Sequence record: SRR22947727_255
Direction: 5' to 3' (one strand)
Length of the DNA stretch: 58,748 bases
The first letter of the stretch is position 1; every line of letters starts with the position of its first letter. Positions 56,782-58,748 of this stretch are shown piece by piece. Below the pieces are notes generated by a model. That model searched no databases and was not told the origin of the DNA. It was given only the letters and a program-made list of their open reading frames with translations. Both the position numbers and the translations under genes were made by a program.

Positions 56782-57438
56782 TTGACATTTATTTTTGGAC
56801 ACAGAGGATTACCCAATATCTATCGAGAAAACTCAATAGTAGGTTTAAATAAAGCATTTGAATACTGTGATTTTATAGAGACCGACTTAAGGATAACTAA
56901 AGATAACAACATTATTTTTTATCATGATTCCTTCATAAAAGGTTTTTTTATTCAGGATTTAACACTAAATGAAATAGAACTGCTGCTTCCAGACATTGAT
57001 CTAAACGATATGATTTTTAATTCAAGGGAACAGCTCAACGGTAATGTAAACTTTGAAATAAAAACAGACGATACTGATAAAGAGTATGTCGAGACTATCA
57101 TGAAGAAAATTATTGGTATGACAAATTATAAAGATATCATTACATCTTTTAATTGGGAGTCTATTCACAACTACAAAAAAAGTTTCAATTGTCGATACGG
57201 GATTATCTTAGATAGTGAGGACGATCTTTTTGAAGCTCAAGCAATTTCAAATCACGATGACAAGATGATGTTTATGGTCAGTAATAGTGTCATCAATAGC
57301 AGGAATTTTAATCTTCCTTATGAGAGATCAGTAGTGTGGACTGTTAACGATGAGAATGAATTCCAGAGGTTAATGGAATTAGGGTTATTTGGAATTATCA
57401 CTGATATTCCTGATACAATGCAGTTATATAAAAAGTAG
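56782..57438 (+). CDS. Glycerophosphodiester phosphodiesterase
   Basis: GHRG...ENS, ETD, HD, EIK, WTVND, IITD. Confidence 0.9.
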   Translation: MTFIFGHRGLPNIYRENSIVGLNKAFEYCDFIETDLRITKDNNIIFYHDSFIKGFFIQDLTLNEIELLLPDIDLNDMIFNSREQLNGNVNFEIKTDDTDKEYVETIMKKIIGMTNYKDIITSFNWESIHNYKKSFNCRYGIILDSEDDLFEAQAISNHDDKMMFMVSNSVINSRNFNLPYERSVVWTVNDENEFQRLMELGLFGIITDIPDTMQLYKK

Positions 57439-57444
57439 GAAATA

Positions 57445-57891
57445 ATGGCAGTAACAGATGATTTAAGTACCTCTCTTAAAGAGGCAATGAAAGCAAAAGA
57501 TAAAACTAAGCTAAATGCTATCAGGCAGATTCAGACAGAGATAGCAAAGAAAAAAGCTGAAAAAGGTGAAGAGGCCACCGATGAGCTGGCTCTTGGTGTT
57601 ATCTCTTCATATGTCAAGAAAATGACAAAAGCTGTAGAGGAGTATCTGTCTCTTGGCGAAAGAGGCCAAGATATGGCTAATCAGATACAGCTTGAGATTG
57701 ATTTTCTCAGTGAATGGCTTCCAGAACAACTGAGCGAAGAAGATGTTGCAAAACTTGTTGACGAAGTCTTGTCAGAACTTGGTGAAGTCGATATGTCCCA
57801 GATGGGAAGAATTATTGGAGCCGTGATGGCCAAGGGAGACGGTATAGATGGCTCTCTTGTCAGTAAATTAGTAAGGGAAAAAATTTCTTAA
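57445..57891 (+). CDS. GatB/YqeY-domain protein
   Basis: LKEAMKAKD, LPEQLSEE, MGRIIGAVM. Confidence 0.92.
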   Translation: MAVTDDLSTSLKEAMKAKDKTKLNAIRQIQTEIAKKKAEKGEEATDELALGVISSYVKKMTKAVEEYLSLGERGQDMANQIQLEIDFLSEWLPEQLSEEDVAKLVDEVLSELGEVDMSQMGRIIGAVMAKGDGIDGSLVSKLVREKIS

Positions 57892-57946
57892 TAATTTATC
57901 ATAAGAATAAATTTAATTTTCACGATTTAGAATTAATATTCGTTAG

Positions 57947-58748
57947 ATGAAGACATTTAAATTTATACTTGTTGGAGTTCTTACAGTAAATATTGCTCTA
58001 GGTTTATTAATTTATTTTTTAAACATAAACCTCTTTTCAATATTACAAATTGAAAATACTCGCTTTCAAATCCAAGAGCCGAGGTATAATCTAAATGCAT
58101 ATTCTTCCAACCAAAACTATGAATCATCTAATCAAATTTTTTTCTTATATGATTCTGAATGTAAGAAATACGGTCCATTTGAACTTCAAGAAACTTCACA
58201 GAAAATTCAGAATGGCTTACTTGCTTATTGCAATAAAGAAATTGTAAACGAAAATGTAGTTTTAATTAATTTACATGAAAGACGAGAAGCTGGGAAGCCA
58301 ACTATTAAAAGTAATGTTAGTAATTTAATTTACTCTTTCCCTGGTTTCGAAGGAGATGAAGAAACTAATACCCGTATTCAACTCGCTGTCTACCAATTAC
58401 CTACTCCACTTAGAGAAATTCTTAATTCTGAAATCCAGGTTCTGAATGGATGCCATCCCTATGGAGAGGCTTTATATAATAGATGCGTATATGGCGTTTT
58501 TGATCCGGTTGGATATGGCGCTGATGGAAATTATGGAAATGAATGGAAAATGACTATCTGGATTTCTGATCGAGGACTAGAGTCTGGACGATTAAAAGAT
58601 ATTCTCATTCATGAAGCAGCACATGCTTATTCCTATTTAGTTTTACGGAAATGTGTGGCTTCAGATGGTTCCAGCTTTAGAAATTTAGCTCATGAAAGAT
58701 TTGGAAATGATGAAAATTTAGCAGACGTATTCGTACTTTATTATGGGG
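57947..58748 (+). CDS. Membrane-anchored zincin-like protein, truncated by the window edge (absent from ORF track)
   Basis: Manual translation: MKTFKFILVGVLTVNIALGLLIYFL...DILIHEAAHAYSY...DENLADVF, open to the end of the window. Confidence 0.8.
   Translation, partial: MKTFKFILVGVLTVNIALGLLIYFLNINLFSILQIENTRFQIQEPRYNLNAYSSNQNYESSNQIFFLYDSECKKYGPFELQETSQKIQNGLLAYCNKEIVNENVVLINLHERREAGKPTIKSNVSNLIYSFPGFEGDEETNTRIQLAVYQLPTPLREILNSEIQVLNGCHPYGEALYNRCVYGVFDPVGYGADGNYGNEWKMTIWISDRGLESGRLKDILIHEAAHAYSYLVLRKCVASDGSSFRNLAHERFGNDENLADVFVLYYG

Overview
A 58.7 kb, AT-rich, very densely packed stretch of core bacterial chromosome. Gene content (WhiB1-like regulator, DUF3107, DUF3152, CofD/CofE, F420-dependent PPOX protein, mycoredoxin-like protein, SucB/DlaT-type E2) together with low GC and minimal spacers points to a streamlined marine actinobacterium, probably Acidimicrobiia such as Ca. 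Actinomarinales (inference). It holds about 60 CDS, a tmRNA and a tRNA-Gln(UUG). I saw no CRISPR array, transposase, integrase or prophage. The main hidden signal is an AhpD/CMD-like peroxidase that the ORF track splits in two. It has an in-frame UGA at the second Cys of its CxxC motif (C-E-Y-U-V-R-S-H), followed by a GC-rich SECIS-like hairpin, so it is a probable selenoprotein. Other highlights: the programmed +1 frameshift in prfB, LipB-LipA and E1 alpha-beta fusions, a ~136-aa non-intein insertion in the PBP1A transpeptidase domain, a perfect CRP box at whiB1, a perfect 25-bp operator-like palindrome between ggt and trxA, a structured leader upstream of lpdA, an unannotated 28-aa membrane peptide, a Firmicutes-like abrB in Bacillus-like synteny, a GT2/GtrA/GT-C glycosylation module, and widespread leaderless-type promoters.
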